Shown here piece after piece: positions 37,677 to 50,968 of a stretch of DNA of 64,000 bases. The notes beneath the pieces were generated by a model. It was given only the letters and a program-made list of their open reading frames with translations. It was not told the DNA's origin and did no database searches. A program made the translations under genes and the position numbers. Location of the stretch: positions 25,420,001-25,484,000 of the forward strand of contig OZ004610.1 of the NCBI GenBank assembly GCA_963924565.1, in the 5' to 3' direction. Each line of letters opens with the position of its first letter. Position 1 is the first letter of the stretch. Origin of the DNA: Ascidiella aspersa. Its lineage: Eukaryota.

Positions 37677-40600
37677 TCAGTAAAACTGGACCGAATGCAT
37701 GATTGACCGATTTGTTTTTTCTTCATATCCTTGCAGCAATTCATCTATTTCATCATCAAGGTCATTCGTATCTTCAACCTGAACAAAAAATTAAAATAAA
37801 AGTGTCAGTGTCTCCAGAATGATGAAAGGTTTATCAGAAGGAGCAATATTACGAACGCGTGAAGCGCCTACATTAACATTTTGTACCATACTTACCAGTT
37901 TCGCAAATTCACAAACAAGAAACGCTCCGATTGTTGCCTCCTCATGATTGTCTGGAATGTCAAAGTTAATGATATGCACGGGCTGCATAAGTTCAGGCTC
38001 TTTTTTGTTGAAATCTTAACAAATGTTGTTGTTTTGTGACTTGATATTTGTATCGGGAAAACAATTAGTTATCTTACCATCCATGATTTGATCATAGACT
38101 CTTTCCTCTAGTGATATAACAATATCAAATTGACGTTCGCAATCTTGAAAGCGTTGTGGCCTGTCCTTTATTCGCCGGTTGCGATCCAACATGTTTAGAA
38201 CACCGTTTTGAGTATATCTTTTGGTGACGCGATGGTTAAGGATTAACTCATTGTGTTAGTAATTTACTTGCAAGGTTTAAAAAACAAATGCGTTGGACCA
38301 CCTTGCGGATAAAATTAATGAAATACAAATCCGCTAGGGGTCTAGCAAAAAACGGCTGGAAACTTTCGTAAAGCTTTCGTCAAAGTAGGAACACCAGCTC
38401 ATTGCAACTTAAAACGTTTATTGTGTATAACAATAATGGACAATGCCAATAGATTTACTCAAACCTTCCGTGCAGAAATCACACCAGCTGCTGCATTGCT
38501 GATTCCATACTTTCCTGAAAAACACTGAAAATCACAACGTTTAAAGAGCGTTTTTTAATTTCTTACAAAACAGGTATATTGTAAAAGGCATGTTATCCCT
38601 ATAGCCGTTTTTCTTGTATTTTATAGGTACAGGTACGGAAACTTGAAACGCTACAACAAACAGTTGTGAAGTCACAGAGATCAGCCTACGTAGCGCCGCT
38701 ACCAGAAGAGGATAAAAGGCTACTAAACTTGCTCTCGAACGACAGTACTTTTCAACCTCAATTTATTTCAAACACGAAAAGTACACTTTGAACGCCCTTT
38801 TTAAGTCAAAAATTATTTTGGTGCTTGTTACAGGGTTTCTTAAACGTTTTTAGCTGTGTAAACTTCGATCTTTTTGCATGTATATCGTAGCCTTTAAAAA
38901 CAATAAACTGAAAGTACAAAAACACGTATTTTCACGGCTGGAAGTACGGATGTCTGATATTCAACATTTTATACCTATCCCTAATAAATTGTCGCGACCC
39001 GATACCAAATGACTCAAGTTCCATGGTCTAACAAAAAATATACCTACTGATTTTTACTTGGTTTACCTTCATGCCTTGTTTGGAGCCAGCACTTGAGTGC
39101 CCAACTTTACTAAACAACCCTGGCTTACATAATTAGCATGGCAATAGAAAAACTAAAATTCTCTCACATACCGTTAGTTGCGACCCGTAGCGTCACAAAC
39201 CATTGTGAAAGCTCACTTGTTATGGAACAGGCAACACAATGCTTTTAGCTCAAAACTTATTTCTGGTTGGTAACACTAGCAACGATTTCTTTAAAATCAA
39301 CATTACGGAAAATTGTCCCAGTGCTAGTAAAAAGAACTTTTTGTCAGAACCCCAAAACTCGTGGGAGTATGCGTACCCAGTTTAAAACTCCCTGTACACA
39401 GGCTTACTCAAAAATGCGTATACCACTTGTTCTAGGGCGCTAGAAAAAAGACGGACCTTGCTCGAGAGATTTTCGGCGTGATTTCTGGCACGATATAGTT
39501 AACAAACATTAAATATAGCACTTTAAAGGGAAATACTGCAACACAATTTTACCTGCCATATTACCTTGCACACCACGTGGAAATGGGATACTGCATCTCG
39601 TCTAACTTGATCAGTCCTGGCGAACCATCGATGACGACGGACAAGGTCATTACGGATACCTTTTATCGAGAAGGCTGCTTTGTATGAAAAATATAGAACT
39701 TTGAAAGTAAAATCACTACTGGTTAAAAATGTGATGTCGATCTGCGGAGAAAATATAAACAGTAGACGCCCTGGAAGACTTTTTCTGGTTGTTCCAGTTC
39801 AGGCAATTTGCAATTAAACTATAAAGGAAGAGTAACACTGGATAACGACAAACTTCGTTCCAGAGAATACGCTCAATGTGAACACCAAGTTCTGGTTAGT
39901 TTGGAATAATTGCTCGAGGCTTTGGACACGTGTTTTTCAAGTCCGACGTTTCTAACTTTCACAACATCGTATAGAAACTTGCTCAACTAAGTAACGATTT
40001 TATGAGTTGAGCAATACAACGTTACTGTCCACGTCGTACGTGAAATTGCTCTCAAAAGCCGCTCTACACACAATGCTACTGAATGTAAATTTTCAGGAAA
40101 TACACAAAAAAGTAAAAAAAAAGCACTTAAGATTTTATGCACAACCAAACTTTAATGCCTTATTAATCTGCTGATTGAGCCGCTGCCTCCTAAAAACACT
40201 GTGTTTGTTTCATAAAGAACTCACAGTAACATTTTAATGCCAATGGTAGATGGATATATCGTGAATCCACAAATCCTACAACACGAGTCTGTACGCAAAT
40301 AGCTATCAGATTTAGTTTCGTTTAGATAGCCTAACCCAGTGGTTCTCAAACAATTTATTTTTTTTGCCATGGCCTACATCGTTTGTTGAATCTTGCGACC
40401 CAACCAAGAGGGAAATTAACAATAATATATTTATTCTTTTGTTCGTAACAGAAAATCAAAACGAATCACTGTACTTTTCGTAAGAATGATTTTTAGAAAA
40501 GTTTTGTTACCGCATTTAAGTCTGCATACGAAATTTAATTGGGCCACGACCTCGAAAAATTAAAGCGACGCATAGTTCGCGTACCTCTGGCTTAAACAAC

Positions 40601-42428
40601 AATACCACCATATTTTTACCGCCTGAAACAAAAATAAACTTGCGGTATTCAAAAAAAACATTGAAGATAATTGCTATTTTATCATCTTTCAGGACAAATG
40701 GCAATATTCAACCACTGTTTTGAACGGTATTTTTAGATTATGTGAAACATTTACATTAAACCGACACTTTTCTTTGTGACAACAATGTCTCATACTACAA
40801 CCCTATGATATGCAAAGTGAGCCAAGCCTGCCAAGGGATATCAAAGTACCCAAGATAACTTCATTCCATGCAAGACTCTACCCAGCGCGACCATCATCAA
40901 TTCTGAAAATAGATTAAATTATTAGAACATTCATGCGCCTAATAACAGTGGGTTTTCAATTAGGTCAGTGCTTTCTTAGCATTGTTTACGCCTGTGAAGC
41001 TCTTGAAACATGTTAGGGCACCAGGTAAGGGAAGAGGGAAGAAATTATGGTACAGAAGACTTTTGTTTCATTTGCATATGGCAGACCTGGCAGCCTTCTA
41101 TGGCGCACTGGTGTGCCATTTTGAGGGTAATTGAATTGGGATTTTAATGAAGTCCAATAAAGCTGTACATAAAAAAATTTGGACTATTCAAAGACTTCTC
41201 AATACGTAAATCAATTTTAAGACTTTGTGGCAACCCTGTGATAAGCGAAAAAACTTTGCACTTGTTAGTTTCTAATATCCAGACTTTTTATTTAGTCATA
41301 ATTTAAAAAACAATGATAGAGATAAAAATACGTTTTTTTCTGTTTAGAGCATAATATATAACCGAAGTCATTTCTGTGGAATATGTTGCACAGAAGGTAA
41401 TAATGCTATTATGTCAAGCGGGGACACTTTAAATTTTCATAATATTTGTCTCGGTCTTTTGACAAGGGACCCAGAACAAATAGCAGGCAACTTGGGGTGC
41501 AACCCATGTGTTGGGAAACACTGCTACAAACGATATACTAACTCACAAAGTGCTAAATGCTGATCAAATGGAAGGTTCAGCTGAACTGGTCCAAAGAATA
41601 TTGAAAAGCAAATATTTAATAAAGAATAGTCAAATTTACCTCGTAAATAACACTTTAAAATGTTTTTTTCGTTTTCTTGGGTTTTCCTTGTTTTACACAT
41701 TGACAGCAGACATCCAGCTAGTAATATATGTAAAAGGTTTAATTTACTTTTACGAAAACTTATTGGCCCAATGAAAAAGAACTATTTTTTGTAAAAACGT
41801 ATTTCTTGAGTTATTCTAAACATGTATAGGACATACGTGGACAAATTAGGTGATCATTATTATGGAGAAATGTGGCTAACACTTGCTAAAAAAAGGATAC
41901 AAATCACGATTTTTTTTTTTAAGTTCTTGGAAAATGTCATCATATTTCCAGTCAAAACTGTAAACATTAGGTTTATCTGCGGCTGGGCCGGGAAGTTTTA
42001 CTTGGTTTCCAGTCCCGAATGATTCCACATTGAAGTTTTTCTTGCTAAAACACAGAAAAATTACTTAAACAAATTGCACTACAGGCATTAATTCTGGTCG
42101 AATTTGACACATAATTGGGTTATAACAATTTATCTATTTTTAGTCAAACAATCATAAACTTAATAGCATAAAATCATAAATTAATATTTAGGACTGCCAA
42201 AAATATATTTCAAAAATTTATGTAGTATGTTTATCAGTTAAAAATATCAAGTAGAATACACAACTTAAAGCTATTTATAGTTTAGAAATTATATGCAAAT
42301 GCATTAATCAAATTAATACCCAGGTAAAATTCTAATTCTAACCTCATGAATCTGTGGGCTTCCATGCTTCTGTTCATGTTGCTGGAACAAACAACAGCAA
42401 ATCGCAATTTTCTTTTACATGTAGTCAT
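37677..42428 (-). CDS. SSU72: RNA polymerase II CTD phosphatase SSU72, 196 aa, 5 exons
   Basis: Exons 42343-42428, 41901-42044, 38078-38217, 37896-38014, 37677-37778 (591 nt, in phase): active site VCSSNMNRSMEAH, SFGTGNQVKLPGPAADKPNVY, YTQNGVLNMLDRN, DIPDNHEEATIGA, C-terminal HSVQFY. Confidence 0.96.
38218..41900 (-). other. U12-type (minor spliceosome) GT-AG intron, SSU72 intron 2 (3683 bp)
   Basis: 5' splice site GTATCCTTTT starting at 41900; branch point TCCTTAAC at 38242-38235, 17 nt before the exon; no polypyrimidine tract (…caccaaaag). Confidence 0.88.
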
Positions 42429-42702
42429 TGGGAAAGTTTATTTTTTAACGTGTTTCAGCAGTGTTGAATTATCTACCTATTACCGAACTTAGTTTACTGG
42501 TAAAACATTTTGGTTTGTTTTGTTGCCCAAATTGGTGATTTTTTTATTAAATAAATGGTTTTAATAAAGGATTGGCACATTTAGTCAAAAATATTGCAAG
42601 CTGTGCTTCTTAAAAAACACTCTTGGCATGCACAAATCAAATTGTTTAACATTGCAAAATTTGTTCATCAGTATAATAGCAATGTAAACCTATTATTAAA
42701 TA

Positions 42703-44145
42703 CTACACACTAATAGATGCTCTTGCAGAAAGTTCATCTTTGTATTTCTCAATTACTGGATCAACTTCAGTTTTAATGAACTCTTCGACTTGTTGTGGTG
42801 CGAGTCCCACAAAAGAAGAGGGGTCTAACAGTTCAGATAATTTGTTATGGATAGTGGAAAAATAGGGGTCGTCTTTAATTTGATCAACCAAGTTGTTTTC
42901 ACCACCATCAACCTTCACAATATGACCAGCCTTATGTGACATAACACGAAGCTTTTCATGCACATCTTGGCGACTCTTGCCCCCATCTGTGACCATTGCC
43001 ATTATGATATTTTCTGTGGCCATAAACGGTAACTCTTGGTTGACATGTTTAGCGATTACTTTAGGATAGACAACTAAACCTTCCGTGACATTCTGTAAAG
43101 TGTTAAGAAGAATGTCTGCTGTAAGAAAAGCTTCAGGTATGCATATTCTCCTGTTGGCACTGTCATCCAAAGTTCTTTCAAACCACTGACAGGAAGCAGT
43201 TTGCAAGGGATTCATGCACAAAGTCATTAAATGCCGAGCTAGGGAACAACAGCGTTCACTTCTCATTGGATTTCGCTTGTAAGCCATAGCGCTAGATCCA
43301 ATCTGACTCGATTCAAAAGGCTCTTCAATTTCCTTTAGGTGAGCTAATAGTCGAATATCGGTACATATCTTACTGACTGAAGAACCCAGACTAGCAAGTT
43401 TACAAAGAATATCAGCATCTACTTTCCTGGGATAAGTTTGACCTGTGACAATGTAGGAAGAAGAAAACCCACAGAGTTGGGTTACAAGTTGATCGAGTTT
43501 ACAAACTTTTTCACTATTACCATTGAATAGGGTGAGAAAGCTGGCCTGTGTACCTGTAGCACCCTTTACTCCCCTAAAGCGTAGATTTGTAAGACACTGT
43601 TCTAAGCTGTGAATGTCAATTAGCAGATCTTGAATCCATAAACAAGCCCTTTTTCCAACAGTGGTCAGTTGAGCAGGTTGAAAATGAGTAAATCCCAAAG
43701 TTGGCAGTTTGGAATGATCTTTAGCAAAGACTTGTAGTCTTTGAATGCACCGGGCGAGTTTAGGTAAAATAATCTTTAGGCCATCTCTTATCAAAATAAG
43801 ATCAGTATTGTCCCCAACATAACAAGATGTTGCACCCAAATGGATAATTGGAGCAGCCAGGGGGCATTTGACACCAAACACATGAACATGAGACATAACA
43901 TCATGCCGTCGTATCTTTTCCTCTTGTTGGGCAAGCATTATATCTGCCTCAGTTATTTGCAAGTTCAACTCCATCTGGTTGATTTGATCATCAGCTATGC
44001 TCAGTCCCAATTGTTTTTCAGCTTTCGCTAAATTTAACCAGAGCAATCTCCAAGTAGAAAACTTTTTTTGGTCACTAAAGTTATGTGACATCTCAGCTGA
44101 GGCATACCGGGACACAAGTGGAGATTGGTATTTACTAAAATCCAT
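42703..44145 (-). CDS. ADSL: Adenylosuccinate lyase, 480 aa, single coding exon
   Basis: Uninterrupted ORF; [48 protein letters not shown], fumarate-lyase signature [27 protein letters not shown]. Confidence 0.98.
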   Translation of the reverse strand: MDFSKYQSPLVSRYASAEMSHNFSDQKKFSTWRLLWLNLAKAEKQLGLSIADDQINQMELNLQITEADIMLAQQEEKIRRHDVMSHVHVFGVKCPLAAPIIHLGATSCYVGDNTDLILIRDGLKIILPKLARCIQRLQVFAKDHSKLPTLGFTHFQPAQLTTVGKRACLWIQDLLIDIHSLEQCLTNLRFRGVKGATGTQASFLTLFNGNSEKVCKLDQLVTQLCGFSSSYIVTGQTYPRKVDADILCKLASLGSSVSKICTDIRLLAHLKEIEEPFESSQIGSSAMAYKRNPMRSERCCSLARHLMTLCMNPLQTASCQWFERTLDDSANRRICIPEAFLTADILLNTLQNVTEGLVVYPKVIAKHVNQELPFMATENIIMAMVTDGGKSRQDVHEKLRVMSHKAGHIVKVDGGENNLVDQIKDDPYFSTIHNKLSELLDPSSFVGLAPQQVEEFIKTEVDPVIEKYKDELSARASISV

Positions 44146-44977
44146 AATTTAGACAGAAATTAATTTCCTGAGGGCAACGCAAATAGTTTTTATAATTTAT
44201 CTAACATTAAATCAATAGGTTGAAAGACAAATCATGTATAAATAAATAATAATGGGTTAACACAGTACTTTTTTAAGGAGTTGAACCTTGAAATATAAAC
44301 AATACATCATTGATTTACTATATATATTCCTTTTATTCTTGGGACTTTTGGACATTATTGTTTGCCAATTACTTGATCTATCCCCCAGGAGCTACCATGA
44401 GCGGCCTATAACAACAATTGCCTCAAGACCCAGTGCCTTTGTTCAAACATTTCAGAGAAAGCCCACCATTATTTATAACTTGTGTGGACGGATGTAAAAC
44501 CATAGTAATGTATTTTATTTTAAAGTTGCACATCTAAATTTTACAAAGGTTTAGTTGTGAAATTTTGAACCTCTAGTGTGCATGAAACCTTTATTTAAAA
44601 TTTGGCACTGCACAGAAGGGATTTCTAATAATATTGGATCAAGCTCGTTCCGAAAAATGCTAAATGATAGTATCAGTTCTAGTCCAAAACCAGGGTGGTA
44701 TAGGTATACCATTTCGATACCAAATTAACATAGACATTTTAGCCATGATCGACAATCCAACGCAGTGACTTAATCTTAAAAAAACGTTAAGGATTGTGGA
44801 TCATGTTATATTAAGTTTGCGTGGCTGTAAATAATTTACTACCAAAAACCCTAAGCGCAAGGTTTTTGCATCGTTCACTGAAATCTGCATGGCTAAACAT
44901 ATTTTCTGGCAACTTTCGTTAAATGTGTGTCTAAGTGTACAGGCTATACTTTTTAACGTGATAAAAAGATAAAAATG

Positions 44978-45148
44978 GGCGCTGGTCTAGAATCCTACCA
45001 CCACGCACATTATTTGGGTTAGGGTGGGTCAAGTAATATTATTAAATACTGAATATACTCGACTCACCCACAGACAAACGCTAACTCGCACCTAACCCAA
45101 ATGTTGTGCGTTGATTTAATAATTGTGGTAGGATTCTAGACCAGCGCC
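44978..45148. mobile_element. Hairpin MITE (same family as 36122-36313; partial third copy at ~45380-45431)
   Basis: GGCGCTGGTCTAGAATCCTACCAC ... GTGGTAGGATTCTAGACCAGCGCC perfect TIRs. Confidence 0.85.
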
Positions 45149-46019
45149 ATCAGCCCAAATATTTATAAACATGTGTCTTTAAATGTCAAAAATTTAAGGT
45201 TGATTGAATATTAGGTTTAATACAGAGGATCCTTTTATCCCAAGTAAAAAAGTCACGTAAAAAAGTGACAAGCAAGCGATGGAGGATAATTTGTTACGCA
45301 AAGAAAACTTTATTAGGCTTGTCCAGACAAGAATTGATAATTTTAATGTTCCGATTGTTTGCTGCGACGGCTACCGCATCTAGTCCCTAACCTAAATAAT
45401 GTTCGTTTTGGTAGGATTCTATACCACCGCCAAGACATGCTTAATTTATATTTACCCGACGAGTGTTTAAATATATTAGTTAGAAACACATAATAGATTC
45501 CTTTCATGGTTTAAAAACGTTATGTGATCCTATTCTTAAGTTGTTTAAAGGTTAATTATACCAATCCCGTTGATTATACCATGCTCATTGACATTGTGGC
45601 AAAATATTTTTTTTGGATAATTTTTCGTTGTTTTCTTTGAATTTTTATAGCTGTTTGCCACATAGTAAATACATGACCATTATAAAATAAACTTCTGAAC
45701 AAATTGTTAGTAAAAAAAACTGAAAAGGGATTAATTTCAAGTATAAATAATAATCACTAATATAATAAAACTTTAAACATATTAACAGTAGTTAATACTT
45801 AATAAATTAATTTTTTCGAAGCCTAGTATTTTTAAAGAACAAGATTTTGAAAACTATCCCATCTAAGAAAGTTTATAAAAATCGATATTTAAGATAAAAA
45901 ATACTTAAAAAAAATATGATTGATCTTCCACTCACGCCATTAAAAATATTTAGCAAAATTATTTGTTCGAGGCCTAATATTAAAGGAAAAATCAAATTGC
46001 ATTTTGCATATAGGCCTAA

Positions 46020-47269
46020 GGCTGAATCCCCACCGGTTAGACAAAAACGCTTTAAAGCAGACTGATTGCGACTAATGAGATGGAACGCTATTTCTTTTGT
46101 TGTCGCGTCTCCACCGACCAGACTTGACGAAAATCTTACGCACAGCAGACAGCAGGGCTGCGGAGTCGGAGTCGGAGTCGGAGTCGGAGTCGGAGTCGGA
46201 GTCGGAGTCGGAGTCGGAGTCGGAGTCGGGACTCGGGACCTCGACGGAGTCGGTTTGTTTTGCCGGAGTCGGACTCTGGACTCGGGACTCGTGTAAGACC
46301 GCGTAAAACTACCCGAGTCCCGAGTCCGTTGTGCGCATGCGCTGTATCAAATTTTTTAACTGTTAAGGCGGCAAAATGTAAGTTGTTAAAGTGTACCGTA
46401 ATAGCAAATGTGAAATATTTTTAAACCATGTAATGCGGGTGGATTAATTATGACACCAATATTGCAGAAAAGTGGATTGCAGAAAATCCACCTTAATTTA
46501 GTTGCGTAAATGGGTAAAATACAGGCTGTAGAGTCGGAGCTGGACTCGGGACTCGACAAAATCTTACATTTGGCCGGAGTCGGACTCGTGACTCGGACTC
46601 GGGTTGTTTTTAACCGACTCCGCAGCCCTGCCAGACAATCACGATTAAACACGTTTTTAGCGAGATAGCGCGTGCATTACTTTTCGCCGTGACTAAAGAT
46701 GTTTTGTGATAGAAACCACGAGTTTTTTTTTTTTTTTTTTTACGGAAATGTAATCCTGGAACGGTTGAAAAGCCTTTTTTAGTTTGTTCTAATTGTAATT
46801 TTACATAGCCTACGTTTAAACGCTGTTTGTATTTTTCCAACTTAAATAGGAATTTAATCTACCCTATAATACAATTTTAACTTTGAAAGTTCTAACCTGC
46901 GGTCAAAACATATTTTGACAAAATTCTTGCGCAATTTTGAGATTAAAAATGATGTTTAAATACAGTGTAAAAAAGCGACTAGAAAGAACCACCCTCTTAA
47001 TATATTTTTGCAAATAGGGTGTACCCAGCACTTGTGTTGCCGTATAAACCGCTTGTTACGTTTCGAAATCCATATTTCTCCCAAAGTTTTCATTTCGTTT
47101 GCCTCCGCCATGGCCACAACTGAATTATATCGCTTAGCTTTTACCAGTTGAAGTTTCGCGCGCTTTGTCGGTGGGGATTGGACAGGAGTCGCTTTTAGGC
47201 ACGACGCGACAAGCCAGCAGTCAGACATGATTCGTCGCGTCGTGCCTGAAGACCGGCGGGGATTCAGCC
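46020..47269 (-). mobile_element. Non-autonomous PIF/Harbinger-like element
   Basis: TIRs GGCTGAATCCCC(a/g)CCGGT at both ends; left flank TAA; minus-strand relic ..RQHKCWVHPI.. resembles the N-terminal WVHP motif of Harbinger transposases. Confidence 0.6.
46153..46630. mobile_element. hAT MITE nested in the Harbinger element, with a (CGGAGT)11 array
   Basis: Perfect TIRs CAGGGCTGCGGAGTCGG / CCGACTCCGCAGCCCTG; flanks gcagacag / ccagacaa; array at 46161-46226. An isolated right end of the same family is at ~28170-28195. Confidence 0.85.
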
Positions 47270-47712
47270 AAAAGGCAGAAATCATGGGCAATTTTGAAAA
47301 CTATCCCATCTGAGGAAGTGGATAAAATTGCCATACAGCTACGATACAACATATTTAATAAAATAAGGCTGGTCTCCACTCATGTGATTAAGAACTCTTT
47401 AGCGAAATGACTTTTTCAAATTTTGGTCAAAAATTTTTACGCGTTAAGATGAAATCAAGGACGTTTTTGAAAACTGTCCCTAAAGCTTTTTTTTATGAAA
47501 GCTTAATGTTGGTTCTACAAGCTCGAACAAGAACACCATCTGATTTTTTTGGCTCTGCAGTTTGGTATGCGTTTTGTGTGACGCCAAATTTTTAATCAGT
47601 TGATATTATCCTACTCGTTGAGTATATTCACTAACTTCAGTATCAACGATAACGTATAACGCTGAGATTCAAGCCGCTAGTATTAATCTGTACGATATCT
47701 AATCGAATAGCA

Positions 47713-49150
47713 TAGGGTTTCTCAACCGTGGCTCTCGGCCCACCTGGGGGGCCACGGAGCGGTCGTTGGGGGACCACCGGCCTAACTCTCCAGCTAGATA
47801 TTGCGAAAACTAAAGTGTCACTATTTTTAAATTTACCAGTTAACTTAATTTTGTGTTTTTATTATCACTGTAAACCAGTGGTCGGCAACCGCCGGTCAAC
47901 GAGGAGTTCGTTAACGGTCCGTAGGAGAGTTGCCTGATTGAAATTGTTATCAAACCCTAAACCGTAAATAAAAGGCCGAAAAACAAACGAAAAAGGGAAA
48001 AAAAAATTTAATGTATTTTTATATTCAAAACGCATTAAATTGCGATTAAATATACTATGGTTAATTGGTATTATAAAAAAATCCCTATCAAGCACTCGTG
48101 AGGTGACCATATGAGTTAGCCTACATAGTTTACAACATCAAAAAATGCATTTTTTATTCTAAAATCTAACTCATCGTACATACAGTATGTCGATGCATTT
48201 TATTAGTTCATTCAAAAAAGTTGTAAATTTCCTTTACTGAACGTGTTGTTTTTAAGGCCGGTCCGCGACAAAATTTCAGTTTTAAACCGGTCCGCATTGC
48301 AAAAAAGGTTGCCGACCCCTGCTGTAAACCTTTCTTGTAACGTTTTGTACCACATTTTTCTGACACCTGCTTTGACTAGTCAGTAGGGATGTTTAAAGTA
48401 GAATATTGAATCTTTTTTATTCGTTTTATCGCGGAAAATTACGCCTAATTTGTTTTCCGCGAGTGGCAAGTTTGGTTAGAGACCTGTCTTTGTGGTGAAA
48501 CAATTACTGTGCTGCATTTTAGATAGTCAATAGTCATGTTCGTGCGGCGTCAGCGTTTTTTTCGAGCGGCCAATTATTACTTGCCGATACCCTTCGCCTA
48601 ATCATCAAGTGTCCGACAAATGCTGTTAGGCGAACAACTATAGTGTGTATTGCCAGGTGCAACGGTTCGCAATTTCCTTTTAAGGGCGTTCAGTTGCAAA
48701 GGAGACATTTCACCGTAAAACGCATAAAGTACGCTACCAGGTTATTCAAAAGGTCATTTTTATGCCAACATTCAGCGGTTTATACAGCTTATTTGTCAAG
48801 AAGGCGAATAGTAACGCATTAATAAAACGAAAATCGAGTAATCATCTTGACGAATGTAGTGACATCGCTTGGCTTAGTAAAAAACAGAGCCGAATATAAA
48901 AAATACCTTGGCGACGTCGAAAAACAAGGTTTGTAATGACTAACTAAGTTGGTTTAAATTAAAATTACTTATTTGTTAAGAAAGTAAGAGCATTTATTCG
49001 TTGATTAATGGCTGTATTGGTTATTATCCTGAAGAAGTAAAACAAGTGAAAAGACTTACACAATGCTTTGTATTTTTATAAAGAGGGGAGCCACGAGGGT
49101 CGAGAGCCTTTCAAAGGGGGCCACGAAGCATAAAAGGTTGAGAACCACTG
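47713..49150. mobile_element. Buster-type hAT MITE (family also at 56209-56880, opposite orientation)
   Basis: TAGGGTTTCTCAACC ... GGTTGAGAACCACTG; perfect TSD gaatagca. Confidence 0.9.
47876..48321. mobile_element. Buster-type hAT MITE nested in the previous MITE
   Basis: CAGTGGTCGGCAACC ... GGTTGCCGACCCCTG; perfect TSD ctgtaaac. Confidence 0.9.
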
Positions 49151-50181
49151 GAATAGCATAAAGTAGAATCACTCGTGAAGAACCGTAGCCTATAAACCCG
49201 AGGCTATATATTACTGACAGTTTACTTGTGTATCGCTTGTTGATAACGAGCTTACAGACGTTTTTGAGCTAGTTTTACGTAGAGGATTAATCGTATTTTA
49301 TTAAGTATGGTCTAGAAAAATCGCCCATGATTATTCTGGAAAACCAAAACTTACTAAAAAGCATGAACTTAGTGAACAAAAGATACTGTTAATATGTTAA
49401 AAGTTCAATATATTGGTAATTATTGTGTATACCGTAACTTAAGAAATTGTCCGGCAATCATTTTCCTAGTAATTTATATAATTAACTTATATCAAACTTT
49501 TAATGGTTTACCTTTGTGGTAAACTGCCAGAAAAATTAAAAAAAAATGTTTGCTGAATGGTTGTAATGACAATGGTTGTATTAAATCAGGGTGTTCCTTT
49601 TCCTCTCTGCTAGTCGCGGGCCAAAACCAAACCCAGACAGGTATCCGCTGACAGCTAAACAGAAAGTAAAACATTTCGTAATTTTCTACAATCACCTGCT
49701 CAATTTTCAAAAGAAAGACAATGCTTGACCTAAATACACATATATTTTGGAAAATAATAGAATATATGGCAGTTGTCATCTTAAAAGATATAGTAGGGTA
49801 TTTATTTTTTGATTTGTAAATGTACTTGCGGAAATATGGTTTATGTAAAAAAAAATATATATATGTAGCGTCATAAGTAATAATTAGTGGATAATTTGGA
49901 ATTTATTGTATTGTGTTTTTCTCAAATATGTTCCAATTTATGATTTGTCACTTTTTCACGCCTTTTACCAAACACTCGCTGTCCTTCTGAGAACAGAGCA
50001 TTCGGCTGTTTCACACATGAATAATGTTATATCGTGACACATATTTCCGTTATAGATAAAAATATTTCACCTGTGTGAAAGCGTTGCTGTAACAGTTCCC
50101 GCCAGCCAGAAAGGCTACGGGTTGTAAATCCTTTCCGCTTTTCCGTATCGCCCCTTTTATTGTGCATGCAAAATTCTCACT

Positions 50182-50262
50182 TATATAAGCAGCGCGTTAT
50201 ATCAATATAATCAGTTTGTGTCAAGCCAAATAATCCAGTTTTGTTTAGTTAATACAGTAAGC
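50182..50262 (+). promoter_or_regulatory. Candidate Pol II core promoter (TATA + Inr) and short non-coding first exon
   Basis: TATATAAG at 50182, TCAGTT Inr with A at 50213 (TATA at -31), donor ACA|GTAAGC at 50257. Present only in copy A. Motif evidence only. Confidence 0.35.
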
Positions 50263-50968
50263 GGTTGTGTTGCTTGCCGGCTTCTGGCTGGCCAGCTCAA
50301 CACTAGCCAACAAAAACTGTGTGAATTTGTAATCAGACTACAGCAAATACCTTGAAGTAATAATAGTGAGGTTGATTGGTCTTGCGAATTTAACCCGCCT
50401 GCTTCATATATAATTTGGTTTGAATTTGATGTTCTGTTTGTATAACATAAAACATGTATTCCACAAAAATGTTTTATTAAGATAAGGTCGATTTATAGTT
50501 GATCATTCCGTTAAAATATTTGTATGTTTTAAAACTCAGGGTACGAAAGCTATGTTATTTAACAGTAATGTAATAAAACTCGTGACTGAAAAGGGTAATA
50601 TAAAAACGTAGATCAAAACAAGCAGGAAGACTAAACATTAAGTGTACTTGAATGACGTCTAGTGCCAATCATTCGCTGAACAGGCGTCTTTGACAAGGAA
50701 ATGTTGCGCTTTATGTTGTAAAATTTGGATTACAAAGATCCTATAAGCATTCTTCCCATTTCCGTGAGTGACGTTTGATTGACGCGAAATATTTTCCCTG
50801 TGCAGGAGTAGGGTATGTGTCATGTGTGTATTAGAATTTACGTAAAATAACCGTAGACCGCACAAATAAATGCCTATGAAAAATTATACATAAATATGTA
50901 TAATAATTATACATGTGTAACAACTAACATTCAGGAGATAGGCGCCTTTGCTATGATTCAGAATTTAG

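Noticed and set aside
46066-46306. ORFs with poly-GV / poly-ES tracts
   Set aside because: Translations of the (CGGAGT)n array inside a MITE.
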